A stretch of DNA of 64,000 bases from Deltaproteobacteria bacterium (GTDB lineage: Bacteria > Desulfobacterota > BSN033 > UBA1163), in the NCBI GenBank assembly GCA_037443425.1, contig JBBIOI010000002.1, positions 17,867 to 81,866 of the forward strand. Reading direction: 5' to 3'. The translations under genes and the position numbers were made by a program. The notes below the pieces were generated by a model that was given only the letters and a program-made list of their open reading frames with translations, was not told the origin of the DNA and made no database searches. Shown here one piece after another: positions 55,901-64,000 of this stretch. The number at the start of each line of letters is the position of its first letter. Positions within the stretch are counted from its first letter, which is position 1.

Positions 55901-56665
55901 TCAAAGATTTACCCGTAACCCCTTTTCCTTTAAATATTCCTTAACCTGTTTAATGCTGAGGATGCGATAATGAAAGACTGAAGCAGCAAGTAGAATTTGA
56001 GCCCCGCCTTTCACAACCGCCTCGTAGAAATGCTCAAGTTTTCCTGCTCCACCTGAGGCAACCACAGGTATACTCACTACTTCTGAAATTGCTTTTATAA
56101 ATTCGAGATCGTAACCCGCTTGAGTTCCATCTCCATCTATACTCGTAGGAAGAATGATTCCTGCACCCATATCCTCACACTGTTTAGCCCAGCTAACAGC
56201 ATCTTTTCCAACAGGCATTGTACCACCTGCGACGACCAGTTCAAAACCAGATGGCATTGACCTATTTCTTCGTGCGTCAATAGCAATAGTTATTCGGTCT
56301 TTGCCAAATTTTTTGGAGGCCTGTCTTATTAAGTCAGGATTTTTAACTGCAGCACTATTCATAGAAATTCTATCTGCACCAGCATTCAGAACTAACTCAA
56401 TATCTTCAAGTGTAGATATACCACCACCAACGGTCAGTGGTATGTTAATAACTGAAGAAACATTTTTAACCCATTCAAGTCTGGTCTTACGGTTTTCTAC
56501 TGTAGCAGAGATGTCAAGCATTGCAAGTTCATCAGCGCCTTCCTTTTCATAAAATTTAGCATTTTCAATAGGGTCGCCCGCATCTTTGATATTCACAAAA
56601 TGGATGCCCTTTACCACTCGACCATCTTTCATATCCAAACATGGCATAATTTTTATAGTAATCAT
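55901..56665 (-). CDS. hisF: imidazole glycerol phosphate synthase cyclase subunit HisF
   Basis: IMPCLDMKDGRVVKG, GADRISMNSAAV and VASGGAG blocks. No other his genes are adjacent. Confidence 0.9.
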   Translation of the reverse strand: MITIKIMPCLDMKDGRVVKGIHFVNIKDAGDPIENAKFYEKEGADELAMLDISATVENRKTRLEWVKNVSSVINIPLTVGGGISTLEDIELVLNAGADRISMNSAAVKNPDLIRQASKKFGKDRITIAIDARRNRSMPSGFELVVAGGTMPVGKDAVSWAKQCEDMGAGIILPTSIDGDGTQAGYDLEFIKAISEVVSIPVVASGGAGKLEHFYEAVVKGGAQILLAASVFHYRILSIKQVKEYLKEKGLRVNL

Positions 56666-56831
56666 TGAGGATTTCCTTTCAAAAAAATTAAATTAATTAT
56701 ATTTCCTAAGTTAATCAAAGTCAATGCTACTGGCAGAAACTATCCAAACATATATAATTTCCTTATATATTATTTTAAAAACTTTAAAAACTTATCTTGA
56801 ATAAAATTTTTCACTGTATAATAATTTTATT

Positions 56832-57149
56832 ATGAGTAAAGTAATTCAAGTTAAGGTAGTTTCTTTAGAGAATTGTAAAGCAACACCCCTTACCATTTCA
56901 TTATTAAAAGAGATTGCCAAGGAGATGGGATTGGATATTGAATTAATACACACGATTGTTAAGACACCTGAAGAGGCTAAAGAGCATCACCATATTGGAA
57001 GTCCAACTGTCCAAATTAATGGCTTGGATATAGAGCCTGAGGCAAGAAACATCGAGCAATTTGGTATTACTTGAAGAAGTTATGGGACATCGTCGATGCC
57101 CTCAAGAGAACTTATCAAGGCATCATTTTACGAAGCATTGAAAAAATGA
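56832..57149 (+). CDS. small thioredoxin-fold-like protein, candidate selenoprotein (in-frame TGA at 57072-57074)
   Basis: The conventional ORF is 56832-57074 (80 aa). The same frame stays open for 24 more codons to TGA 57147-57149. HIGSPTVQINGLDIEP...FGIT[TGA]RSYG fits a family in which I recall a Cys at the TGA position. A stem-loop starts 9 nt after the TGA. Confidence 0.5.
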
Positions 57150-57375
57150 TTTTAATAATACAGAGAAGTGTAAGACCTCTGAAAAAGTATTTAGAATGGA
57201 TTAATAGATAGGAGAAGAAAAGCTTTATTGTGGACGACATCCTAAGTTAATTCAGCAGGGGTTTTTTCTAAAGCGATTTTTAGAAATTTAAACATTAAAA
57301 GCCCGCATTCGAAGGGTTTTGAACCCTACCTCCCCGGTCTTTCAAAGACTTTTTCGGAAGTCTCTAGTACAAATA

Positions 57376-57404
57376 TTGACAATGGGTTGTTAATGTGGGA
57401 TAAA
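57376..57404 (+). promoter_or_regulatory. candidate sigma70-type promoter for tadA
   Basis: TTGACA (57376-57381), a 17-nt spacer and GATAAA (57399-57404), 18 nt before the ATG. Confidence 0.3.
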
Positions 57405-57421
57405 AATATCGAAGGCTTAAA

Positions 57422-57919
57422 ATGTTTGAAAGGAACATCGAGATCGATAAAAGATTTATGAGAGAGGCATTAAAAGAGGCAGAGATAGCTGAAAAGGATG
57501 GTGAGGTCCCGATAGGTGCTGTTATAGTAAGAGACGGAGAGATTATTACAAAAGCACACAACCGTTGTATAGAACTTAATGATCCAACTGCACATGCTGA
57601 GATATTGGTAATAAGAGAGGCGGGAAGAATTTTGAAAAATTATAGATTAGGAAATACTGTTATATATGTAACTGCTGAGCCTTGTGCAATGTGTGTTTCA
57701 GCAATGGTAAATGGAAGGATTTCAAGGCTGGTTTTCGGGGCACTGGAGCCGAAGACAGGTGCTGTGGAGTCAAGATTGAGATTGCTTGATGGTAATAATT
57801 TTAACCACAAAATAGAGGTTGAAAAAGGAGTACTTGAAGAGGAGTGTTTGGAAATCTTAAGGTCTTTTTTCAGAAGGAGGAGGATGGAGAGAAGGGGAGA
57901 GGTTGCCGAGCTGGTTTAA
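57422..57919 (+). CDS. tadA: tRNA adenosine(34) deaminase TadA
   Basis: Zinc motifs TAHAEILVIREAG and TAEPCAMCVSAM. The last 8 codons are read from a truncated tRNA-Ser copy. Confidence 0.85.
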   Translation: MFERNIEIDKRFMREALKEAEIAEKDGEVPIGAVIVRDGEIITKAHNRCIELNDPTAHAEILVIREAGRILKNYRLGNTVIYVTAEPCAMCVSAMVNGRISRLVFGALEPKTGAVESRLRLLDGNNFNHKIEVEKGVLEEECLEILRSFFRRRRMERRGEVAELV

Positions 57920-57966
57920 GGCGCCGCTCTCGAAAAGCGGTTCTCCCCAAAGGAGACGTGGGTTCG
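57896..57966 (+). repeat. truncated duplicate of the 5' 71 nt of tRNA-Ser(CGA)
   Basis: Identical base for base to 58083-58153. It breaks off inside the T-loop and overlaps the tadA 3' end. Confidence 0.85.
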
Positions 57967-58006
57967 GCGACCAGAGGGAGGCGGAGTGAGCGTTAGCGAG
58001 CGAGCA

Positions 58007-58049
58007 CATCCCACTCTCTGGCACTAAACGTGCCAGAGTAGGTGGGATG
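58007..58049. repeat. 43-nt near-perfect palindrome with T-stem-like outer arms
   Basis: CATCCCAC-T-CTCTGGCAC-TAAAC-GTGCCAGAG-TAG-GTGGGATG gives 17 bp of stem. The outer arms contain the tRNA-Ser T-stem sequence. Confidence 0.8.
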
Positions 58050-58082
58050 AGAACCCACAGATAGGAGTTAGAAATAAATAAT

Positions 58083-58172
58083 GGAGAGGTTGCCGAGCTG
58101 GTTTAAGGCGCCGCTCTCGAAAAGCGGTTCTCCCCAAAGGAGACGTGGGTTCGAATCCCACCCTCTCCGCCA
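58083..58172 (+). tRNA. tRNA-Ser (anticodon CGA)
   Basis: Hand-folded cloverleaf: acceptor GGAGAGG/CCTCTCC, anticodon stem CCGCT/AGCGG with loop CTCGAAA, long variable arm, T-arm GTGGG-TTCGAAT-CCCAC, and encoded CCA. Confidence 0.9.
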
Positions 58173-58222
58173 ATTATAAGAAGAGTATAGTAACGAGCGA
58201 TATTAGCTGAGCGGTTATAAAT

Positions 58223-58317
58223 GGAGAGATGCCCGAGTTGGCCGAAGGGGCACGACTGGAAATCGTGTGTTCCGACTAAAATCGGAACCGAGGGTTCGAA
58301 TCCCTCTCTCTCCGCCA
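58223..58317 (+). tRNA. tRNA-Ser (anticodon GGA)
   Basis: Acceptor GGAGAGA/TCTCTCC, anticodon stem CACGA/TCGTG with loop CTGGAAA, long variable arm GTTCCGA/TCGGAAC, T-arm GAGGG-TTCGAAT-CCCTC, and encoded CCA. Confidence 0.9.
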
Positions 58318-58352
58318 TAATCTGATGGATTTATATAGAGCTTGAAAAGGTC

Positions 58353-58464
58353 TTGTTGATAGTCGGGTCCTGCGCAACAAAGAATTACAAACCCCGCCAG
58401 GTCCGGAAGGAAGCAACGGTAGTAATCTCCTTTGTGTGCCGCAGGGGAGCCTGACTATCAACAA
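58353..58464 (+). ncRNA. ffs: signal recognition particle RNA (small 4.5S type)
   Basis: Terminal helix TTGTTGATAGTC/GACTATCAACAA and the conserved domain IV motif CCAGGTCCGGAAGGAAGCAAC. A T-run follows. The position upstream of dnaX is classic. Confidence 0.85.
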
Positions 58465-58509
58465 ATTATTTTTTATGCAAAATAGATTTCAATCTTAGGT
58501 TAGAGAGAT

Positions 58510-60282
58510 ATGTCATATTTGGTTTTAGCAAGGAAATGGAGACCACAGGTCTTTGAGGATGTTGTTGGACAGAGACATATCACAAAAACACTCCAAAATG
58601 CAATCTCTCAAAACCGTGTCTCACATGCATTTCTTTTTACAGGTTCAAGAGGGGTTGGAAAGACCTCTACTGCACGGATACTTGCAAAGGCACTGAATTG
58701 TGAGCGAGGGCCAGATATTAATCCATGTAATCAATGTAAAACATGTGAAGAGATTACACATGGTACATCGCTGGATGTTATCGAAATCGATGGCGCCTCC
58801 AATCGTGGCATAGATGAGATTAGGGAATTAAGAGAAAATGCCCGCTACACGCCTGCAAAGAGTCGCTACAAGATTTACATAATTGATGAAGTTCATATGT
58901 TGACAAGGGAGGCCTTCAATGCACTGCTTAAGACCCTGGAAGAACCACCTCCTCATATAATCTTCATATTTGCCACTACAGAGCCTCATAAAATTCCTGA
59001 AACCATACTTTCTCGCTGCCAAAGATATGACTTTAGAAGGATCCCATTGAGGTTGATTATCGAAAGCCTTAAACGTATTGTTGATGAGGAAAAGATCAAT
59101 ATAAGTGAGAGAGGAATTTTCTTTATTGCTCAAGAATCTGATGGAAGCTTGAGGGATGCACAGAGTATTCTTGATCAGGTTATTTCATATAGCGGAAAAG
59201 AGATAAAGGATGAGGATATTGCTGATATCCTTGGTCTAATTGATAGGCAAATTATCTATGACACAATAGAGGCAGTAATAGAAAGAGACGCAGCAAGATG
59301 TCTTAGGATTGTAGATCATGTTTATCAATATGGAATCGATCTTCAGCATTTTTGTAGAGAACTTCTCAAATATATTAGAAACTTGATTATTATGAAGGTG
59401 AGTAAAAATCCTGAAGCCCTTCTGGAGTTAACAGAAGATGAATTTGAAATTTTAAAGAACCAGGCAGAAAATCTGGATATTGAGCAACTTAATCATCTTT
59501 TTAGTATACTTTTAAAAGGAGAGGAAGAGATAGCTCAATCAACATTTCCAAGGGTTATGCTTGAGATGACATTGATAAGGATGGCAAATATCAAACAGAT
59601 TGTTCAAATAGATGAGATCATAAAGAAGTTAGAGAAGATGGAAAAGATAGGTTTTAAAGCTAACATCTCCGATTATGATGCTTCTCTGAGTAAGACTCTT
59701 TTAGTCCCTGAAAATATTGAGATGGAGATTAGCACCAATAAATTAGCTGACTCGGAAAGAGTAAAGGGTGATGAATTTAGGGAGGAGAAATCTTTATATC
59801 TTAATGAAAATCCTGAAATTAGTTCTTCTGAAATAGAAGAAGGATTTAAATCTCCTGTTGAGGAGGAATCTCTGCCTCAAGAGAATTATCAAGATCTCTG
59901 GAAAGGTCTGGTTGAATACACAAAAACAAAAAATCCAATCCTTGGTTCTTTTCTTGCCCTGGGTTCTCTTATAAAGATTAATGATGAAAAGGTTGAACTT
60001 GGCTTTGAAAAGGATTCGTTCCATTACGATAGGATTTTGGAAAGGGAGAATAAGAAACAACTTGAATCTATTTGTAAAGAGTTTTTTAAAAAGGATTTAA
60101 AGCTCGTCATTACCCCTTTTGAAGCGAAAGAAAAAATAAACAATCGTTTTGAGGCAAAGGCTAAGATGAGTAACCATTTTAACCTTGAAACCCAAAAAGA
60201 GGAAAAGATAGAAAACCCTTTAATAAAAGAGATCATTAGTACCTTTAATGGGAAGATAATCCAGAATAGAACAGGAGAATAA
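58510..60282 (+). CDS. dnaX: DNA polymerase III subunit gamma/tau
   Basis: VVGQRHITKTLQNAI..., Walker A GSRGVGKTSTARILAKALNCE, Zn module CNQCKTCEEI, and IIDEVHML. Confidence 0.9.
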   Translation: MSYLVLARKWRPQVFEDVVGQRHITKTLQNAISQNRVSHAFLFTGSRGVGKTSTARILAKALNCERGPDINPCNQCKTCEEITHGTSLDVIEIDGASNRGIDEIRELRENARYTPAKSRYKIYIIDEVHMLTREAFNALLKTLEEPPPHIIFIFATTEPHKIPETILSRCQRYDFRRIPLRLIIESLKRIVDEEKINISERGIFFIAQESDGSLRDAQSILDQVISYSGKEIKDEDIADILGLIDRQIIYDTIEAVIERDAARCLRIVDHVYQYGIDLQHFCRELLKYIRNLIIMKVSKNPEALLELTEDEFEILKNQAENLDIEQLNHLFSILLKGEEEIAQSTFPRVMLEMTLIRMANIKQIVQIDEIIKKLEKMEKIGFKANISDYDASLSKTLLVPENIEMEISTNKLADSERVKGDEFREEKSLYLNENPEISSSEIEEGFKSPVEEESLPQENYQDLWKGLVEYTKTKNPILGSFLALGSLIKINDEKVELGFEKDSFHYDRILERENKKQLESICKEFFKKDLKLVITPFEAKEKINNRFEAKAKMSNHFNLETQKEEKIENPLIKEIISTFNGKIIQNRTGE

Positions 60283-60284
60283 CT

Positions 60285-60599
60285 ATGTCGAAAGGTCTTG
60301 GTAATATATTGAAACAGGCACAGCAGATTCATTCAAAGATATCACAACTTCAGGAAGAGATGGCACAAAAGACCGTAGAGGCAAGCTCTGGTGGCGGAAT
60401 GGTGAATGTTGTGATGAATGGACGTCAGCAGGTTATATCTATTCGAATAGATCCAGAGGTTGTTAATCGTGATGATATAGATATGCTACAGGATCTGATC
60501 ATGGCTGCTGTAAACGAGGCTATAAAAAAAACGCAGGAGATGGTAACCGAAGAGATGAAGAGGATCACAGGAGGTTTTAGTATTCCGGGATTATTTTAA
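60285..60599 (+). CDS. ybaB: YbaB/EbfC-family nucleoid-associated protein
   Basis: 104 aa, with NILKQAQQIHSKISQLQEEM...GGGMVNVVMNG. Conserved position between dnaX and recR. Confidence 0.9.
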   Translation: MSKGLGNILKQAQQIHSKISQLQEEMAQKTVEASSGGGMVNVVMNGRQQVISIRIDPEVVNRDDIDMLQDLIMAAVNEAIKKTQEMVTEEMKRITGGFSIPGLF

Positions 60600-60668
60600 A
60601 ATCCCTTGATTTTTCTATTCTTCATCTATCTTATTTAATCCTATTAAAGAAAGGAAAAATCTTTACAA

Positions 60669-61268
60669 ATGGCTATCTATGCCAAATCTATTGACCAACT
60701 AATCGATGCACTTTCAAAACTTCCTGGTATCGGTAGAAAGACCGCTACGAGATTGGCATTCCATATCTTAAGGAGTAATTCATCCGAGGCAGAGGCGCTT
60801 GCAAAGGCAATCCTTGATGTGAAAGAGAAGATTCGTCTCTGTTCAATCTGTTTTAACCTAACCGATGAAGATCCATGTTATATATGCAGGGACGAGAGAC
60901 GTAATAAAGAGGTGCTCTGTGTAGTTGAAGGCCCTAATGATCTGATTGCAATTGAGAATACAGGCGAATATCATGGTCTTTATCATGTACTTCATGGCAG
61001 ACTCTCTCCACTCGAAGGTATTGGTCCTGAAGAACTTAAAATCAGGGAACTTATGGACCGTTTGAGAAATGGAAAATGGAGTGAGGTGATCCTTGCAAAT
61101 AATCCAACCGTAGAAGGAAGTGCCACTGCCCTTTACCTGATAGATCTAATAAAACCCCTTGGAATAAAGGTGTCAAGGATTGCCTATGGTATACCTATGG
61201 GAGGTGAAATTGAATATTCAGATGGGATGACACTATCTAAGGCGCTTGAGGGAAGGAAAGAGGTTTAA
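60669..61268 (+). CDS. recR: recombination protein RecR
   Basis: HhH motif LPGIGRKTATRLAFH, Cys4 finger CSICFNLTDEDPCYIC, and Toprim VCVVEGPNDLIAIE. Confidence 0.9.
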   Translation: MAIYAKSIDQLIDALSKLPGIGRKTATRLAFHILRSNSSEAEALAKAILDVKEKIRLCSICFNLTDEDPCYICRDERRNKEVLCVVEGPNDLIAIENTGEYHGLYHVLHGRLSPLEGIGPEELKIRELMDRLRNGKWSEVILANNPTVEGSATALYLIDLIKPLGIKVSRIAYGIPMGGEIEYSDGMTLSKALEGRKEV

Positions 61269-61313
61269 CGTTAACATTTTTCTAACTTCTTGAATTTTTT
61301 AAGGAAAAAAAAT

Positions 61314-61342
61314 TTGAAAAAACGTAATAAATATTTTATAAA
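61314..61342 (+). promoter_or_regulatory. candidate sigma70-type promoter for the oxidoreductase operon
   Basis: TTGAAA (61314-61319), a 17-nt spacer and TATAAA (61337-61342). AGGAG lies 7 nt before the ATG at 61368. Confidence 0.35.
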
Positions 61343-61367
61343 GAATCATAAACTTTAGGAGATTAAA

Positions 61368-61916
61368 ATGATAGAGATTAGGTTTCACGGAAGAGGAGGG
61401 CAAGGCGCAGTAACCTCAGCAGAACTCTTAGCCCTCGCTGCAATTGAAGAAGGTAAATATGCCCAGGCATTCCCAAGTTTTGGTCCAGAGAGAAGGGGTG
61501 CCCCTGTTTTGGCATTCTGCCGAATAAGTGATGAACCAATTAAAATAAGGGCAAATATTTATGAACCTGATATTGTCGTTGTCCTTGATTCAAGTTTGTT
61601 AACTATAGTTGATGTAGCGGCAGGCATAAAACCAGAGGGTATTGTAGTTACAACGAGTAAGGATTCTCCTGAAAAGGTTCGTGAAATCCTGAAGATAAAA
61701 AACAAGATAGGTGTTGTGGATGCAGTTAAGATTTCAAGAGAGGTCCTTGGGGTTCCCATTACAAATACGACCATGCTTGGTGCCTTAATTAAGGTATCGG
61801 GCTTGATAAAAAAGGAGTCCTTTTTTATGCCTTTTAAGAAACGTTTTGGAAGGATTGCAGACAAAAATATCTCTGCCTTCGAACGTGCCTACGAAGAGAC
61901 TACTTTTATTCAATAA
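61368..61916 (+). CDS. porC: 2-oxoacid (pyruvate-type):ferredoxin oxidoreductase gamma subunit
   Basis: [19 protein letters not shown] is the gamma-subunit N-terminus. The gamma-delta-alpha-beta gene order is typical of POR/VOR. Substrate specificity was not determined. Confidence 0.8.
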
Positions 61917-61934
61917 TCCAGAAGGGGTTTAAAA

Positions 61935-62234
61935 ATGACAAAACCAGAATATGAATGGACCTGGAAAGAAATACCCGTTGGAAATGTCGTTTTAGAACCA
62001 GGAAATGCAAGTCAGTATAGGACAGGAGATTGGAAGACATTAAAACCTGTTTTAAACAAAGAGCTATGTATTCATTGTGGGCTCTGTTATATCTACTGTC
62101 CTGATATGGCATACAATCTCGATGAAGAGGATTATTTTATTGTGGACCTCTTTTACTGTAAAGGTTGTGGTATATGTGCTAAGGAATGTCCAACGGGAGC
62201 AATCACCATGGTCTTAGAGAAAGAGGAGGGATGA
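61935..62234 (+). CDS. porD: 2-oxoacid:ferredoxin oxidoreductase delta subunit (2x[4Fe-4S])
   Basis: CIHCGLCYIYCP and CKGCGICAKECP motifs in a 99-aa protein. Confidence 0.85.
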   Translation: MTKPEYEWTWKEIPVGNVVLEPGNASQYRTGDWKTLKPVLNKELCIHCGLCYIYCPDMAYNLDEEDYFIVDLFYCKGCGICAKECPTGAITMVLEKEEG

Positions 62235-62236
62235 GA

Positions 62237-63412
62237 ATGGGAAAAAGGGTTGGAATGGAGGTTTCAATTGCTGCAGCCGAAGCGGTTAAGCAATGTAATG
62301 TTGATGTAATATCAGCCTATCCCATAACACCTCAAACACATATTGTTGAGCATCTTTCAGAACTTGTAGCAAATGGTGAACTTGATGCAGAGTTTTTCTG
62401 TGTGGAATCAGAACATTCAGCACTTAGCGTTTGCGTTGGTGCATCAGCAGCAGGTGCAAGGGCATTTACCTGTACGAGCTCTCAAGGTCTCGCACTGATG
62501 AGTGAGATTACATACATTGCATCCGGGTTGAGACTGCCAATCCTCATGATCCTTGCAAACCGAACACTTTCTTCACCTCTAAGTATATGGAATGATCACA
62601 GTGATGCTATGATGATAAGGGATTGTGGCTGGATTCAGTTCTTTGTAGAAAACGGGCAGGAGGTTTACGATCATGTTTTTATATCCTACCGTTTAGGAGA
62701 AGATAGATCGGTTCTCTTTCCTGTAGTTATAAATATGGATGGATTTATCCTAAGTCATGTGATTGAACCTATCGAGCTTATTGAGCAGGAGAAGATAGAC
62801 CAGTTTCTTCCACCTTATGAACCACTTTATAGACTTCATCCTGATAGACCAATTACAATGGGTGCTTTTGCACTTCCAAGCATATTCGCAGAGACAAAGA
62901 AGGCACAAGAGGTTGCAATCAGATCTTCCTTCCCAAAGATACTCGAAGTATGGAAGGCCTTTGGAGATATGACGGGAAGATATTACCACCCTGTGGAAAC
63001 ATATAAGTCTGAAGATGCTGAGACATTGATTTTAACAATGGGAAGTATTGGGGAAACAGCCTCAGTGGCTGTTGATATGATGAGAAAAGAAGGAAGGTCA
63101 GTTGGACTTGTAAGGCTTAGACTCTGGAGGCCTTTTCCTTTTGAAGATCTTAGAAAGGCAACCCTTCATGCAAAGAATTTGATTGTAATCGATAGATGCG
63201 TATCGGTTGGAGGCCCTGGCGGTCCTGTAGCCTCAGAGGTCAGGTCAGCACTTTATGGAGAGGATCGAAGGCCTATTGTTTATAATTTTGTCGCCGGTAT
63301 CTCTGGAAGAGATGTAGCGCCTTCCGATTTTATCAAGATGGTTGATAAGGCCGAGATAGAGATAGAGGAAGGAAAGCGTGATGGTTATGAACTATACGGG
63401 GTGAGAGAATGA
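62237..63412 (+). CDS. porA: 2-oxoacid:ferredoxin oxidoreductase alpha subunit
   Basis: [15 protein letters not shown] near the N-terminus. GAGGAGGG lies 6 nt upstream of the ATG at 62237, so the ORF-track start at 62186 overlaps porD and is unlikely. Confidence 0.85.
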   Translation: MGKRVGMEVSIAAAEAVKQCNVDVISAYPITPQTHIVEHLSELVANGELDAEFFCVESEHSALSVCVGASAAGARAFTCTSSQGLALMSEITYIASGLRLPILMILANRTLSSPLSIWNDHSDAMMIRDCGWIQFFVENGQEVYDHVFISYRLGEDRSVLFPVVINMDGFILSHVIEPIELIEQEKIDQFLPPYEPLYRLHPDRPITMGAFALPSIFAETKKAQEVAIRSSFPKILEVWKAFGDMTGRYYHPVETYKSEDAETLILTMGSIGETASVAVDMMRKEGRSVGLVRLRLWRPFPFEDLRKATLHAKNLIVIDRCVSVGGPGGPVASEVRSALYGEDRRPIVYNFVAGISGRDVAPSDFIKMVDKAEIEIEEGKRDGYELYGVRE

Positions 63413-64000
63413 TTGAAAAATTAAATGTTTATGCAGTTAGGACATTGACACAAAAAGAGTATTTTGCACCCGGACATCGTTCATGTCAGGGATGTGCAGA
63501 GGCCTTGGCCGTAAGATTGGTCTGTAAAGCCCTTGGAAGGAATGTAATAATTGCAGCTGCAACAGGCTGTATGGAGATTGTTTCTTCCCCCCTTCCATTT
63601 ACATCATGGAGGGTTCCATGGTTTCATTGCGCCTTTGAGAATACGGCTGCTGTTGCTTCAGGGATTGAGGCAGGACTCAAGGTTTTAATGAGAAAGGGGA
63701 GAATTCCAAGGAAGAAGATTGTAACCCTTGCCATGGCTGGAGATGGAGGAACAGCTGATATTGGATTGCAGGCACTTTCTGGGGCACTCGAAAGGGGTCA
63801 CGATTTTATCTATGTGTGTACTGATAATGAAGCATATATGAATACTGGTATCCAGCGATCTTCTTCTACACCCTTCGGGGCATCAACCACTACATCGCCT
63901 GCTGGAAAGTTAAAACCTGGGCAGATTACATGGAAGAAAAATATGCCCGAGATCGCAGCTGCACATAAAATTCCATATGTTGCAACAGCATGTCCGAGTT
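63409..64000 (+). CDS. porB: 2-oxoacid:ferredoxin oxidoreductase beta subunit (TPP-binding), 5' part, truncated by the window end
   Basis: My own translation from ATG 63409 (ATGA overlap with porA): [37 protein letters not shown]...[11 protein letters not shown]...[19 protein letters not shown]. The frame is open to base 64000. Not in the ORF track because no stop lies in the window. Confidence 0.85.
   Translation, partial: MIEKLNVYAVRTLTQKEYFAPGHRSCQGCAEALAVRLVCKALGRNVIIAAATGCMEIVSSPLPFTSWRVPWFHCAFENTAAVASGIEAGLKVLMRKGRIPRKKIVTLAMAGDGGTADIGLQALSGALERGHDFIYVCTDNEAYMNTGIQRSSSTPFGASTTTSPAGKLKPGQITWKKNMPEIAAAHKIPYVATACPS

Noticed and set aside
58103-58464. Minus-strand ORFs 58103-58318 and 58276-58464 as protein genes.
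   Set aside because: They lie antisense across two tRNA-Ser genes and the SRP RNA, so they are artefacts of structured RNA sequence.
60082-60093. TTT TTT AAA AAG in dnaX as a programmed -1 frameshift site producing the gamma subunit.
   Set aside because: The heptamer is U AAA AAG rather than A AAA AAG. It lies at codon ~525 of 590, far beyond the domain III/IV boundary where gamma ends, and I found no downstream stem-loop.
62186-62236. The porA start at 62186, overlapping porD by 49 nt.
   Set aside because: GAGGAGGG is correctly spaced for the ATG at 62237, and the extension (MSNGSNHHGLRERGG) is just porD read in another frame.
1-64000. A search by eye for CRISPR arrays, IS elements or transposases, integrases, toxin-antitoxin pairs, restriction-modification or other defence genes, and rRNA.
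   Set aside because: I found none. No regularly spaced direct repeats, and no ORF with transposase, integrase, nuclease-helicase or methylase defence signatures. The only repeats are the tRNA-Ser duplication, the short hairpins reported above, and the protein-internal repeats of the DUF748 gene.

Overview
A 64-kb bacterial chromosomal segment, AT-rich overall. Gene content suggests an anaerobe: a four-subunit 2-oxoacid:ferredoxin oxidoreductase, a bifunctional FBP aldolase/phosphatase and AprAB-like Fe-S flavoproteins. Layout: (i) 1-22.5 kb is a + strand surface-polysaccharide locus with a CpsB-type phosphatase, two Wzy/O-antigen-ligase-like proteins, a NusG-like antiterminator, eight GT-B glycosyltransferases, two DegT aminotransferases, two methyltransferases, a MurJ/Wzx-like flippase, a PglC-like initiating transferase and a CapD/PglF-like dehydratase. 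This locus looks compositionally mosaic and carries two gene lesions: an in-frame TAG in the flippase, and a G6-tract frameshift in a methyltransferase whose tail then reads into the aminotransferase. (ii) 22.5-23.05 kb is a non-coding gap with an orphan terminator and a tRNA-Pro-like 3' remnant. (iii) surE, fbp, miaB. (iv) 26.3-34.8 kb is a minus-strand operon: a TAXI-TRAP transporter, two divergent AprB/AprA-like ferredoxin/flavoprotein pairs and a Cys-rich Fe-S protein. This is my top candidate for an undescribed system. (v) comM, an M24 peptidase, proS. (vi) 40.1-44.3 kb is a putative sphingolipid cluster (SDR-Spt-GNAT triad plus a PAP2_C-type head-group transferase). (vii) Envelope and membrane genes: NlpC/P60, a PxxKW-type Cys-rich protein, MFS, YihY, MscL and a 1414-aa DUF748 protein. 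(viii) hisF, a small thioredoxin-like ORF with an in-frame TGA and a SECIS-like hairpin (candidate selenoprotein), tadA, a rearranged tRNA-Ser locus, SRP RNA, dnaX-ybaB-recR and a por-type operon cut by the window end. I saw no CRISPR array, IS element, integrase or rRNA. All family assignments come from motif recognition by eye; no database search was run.
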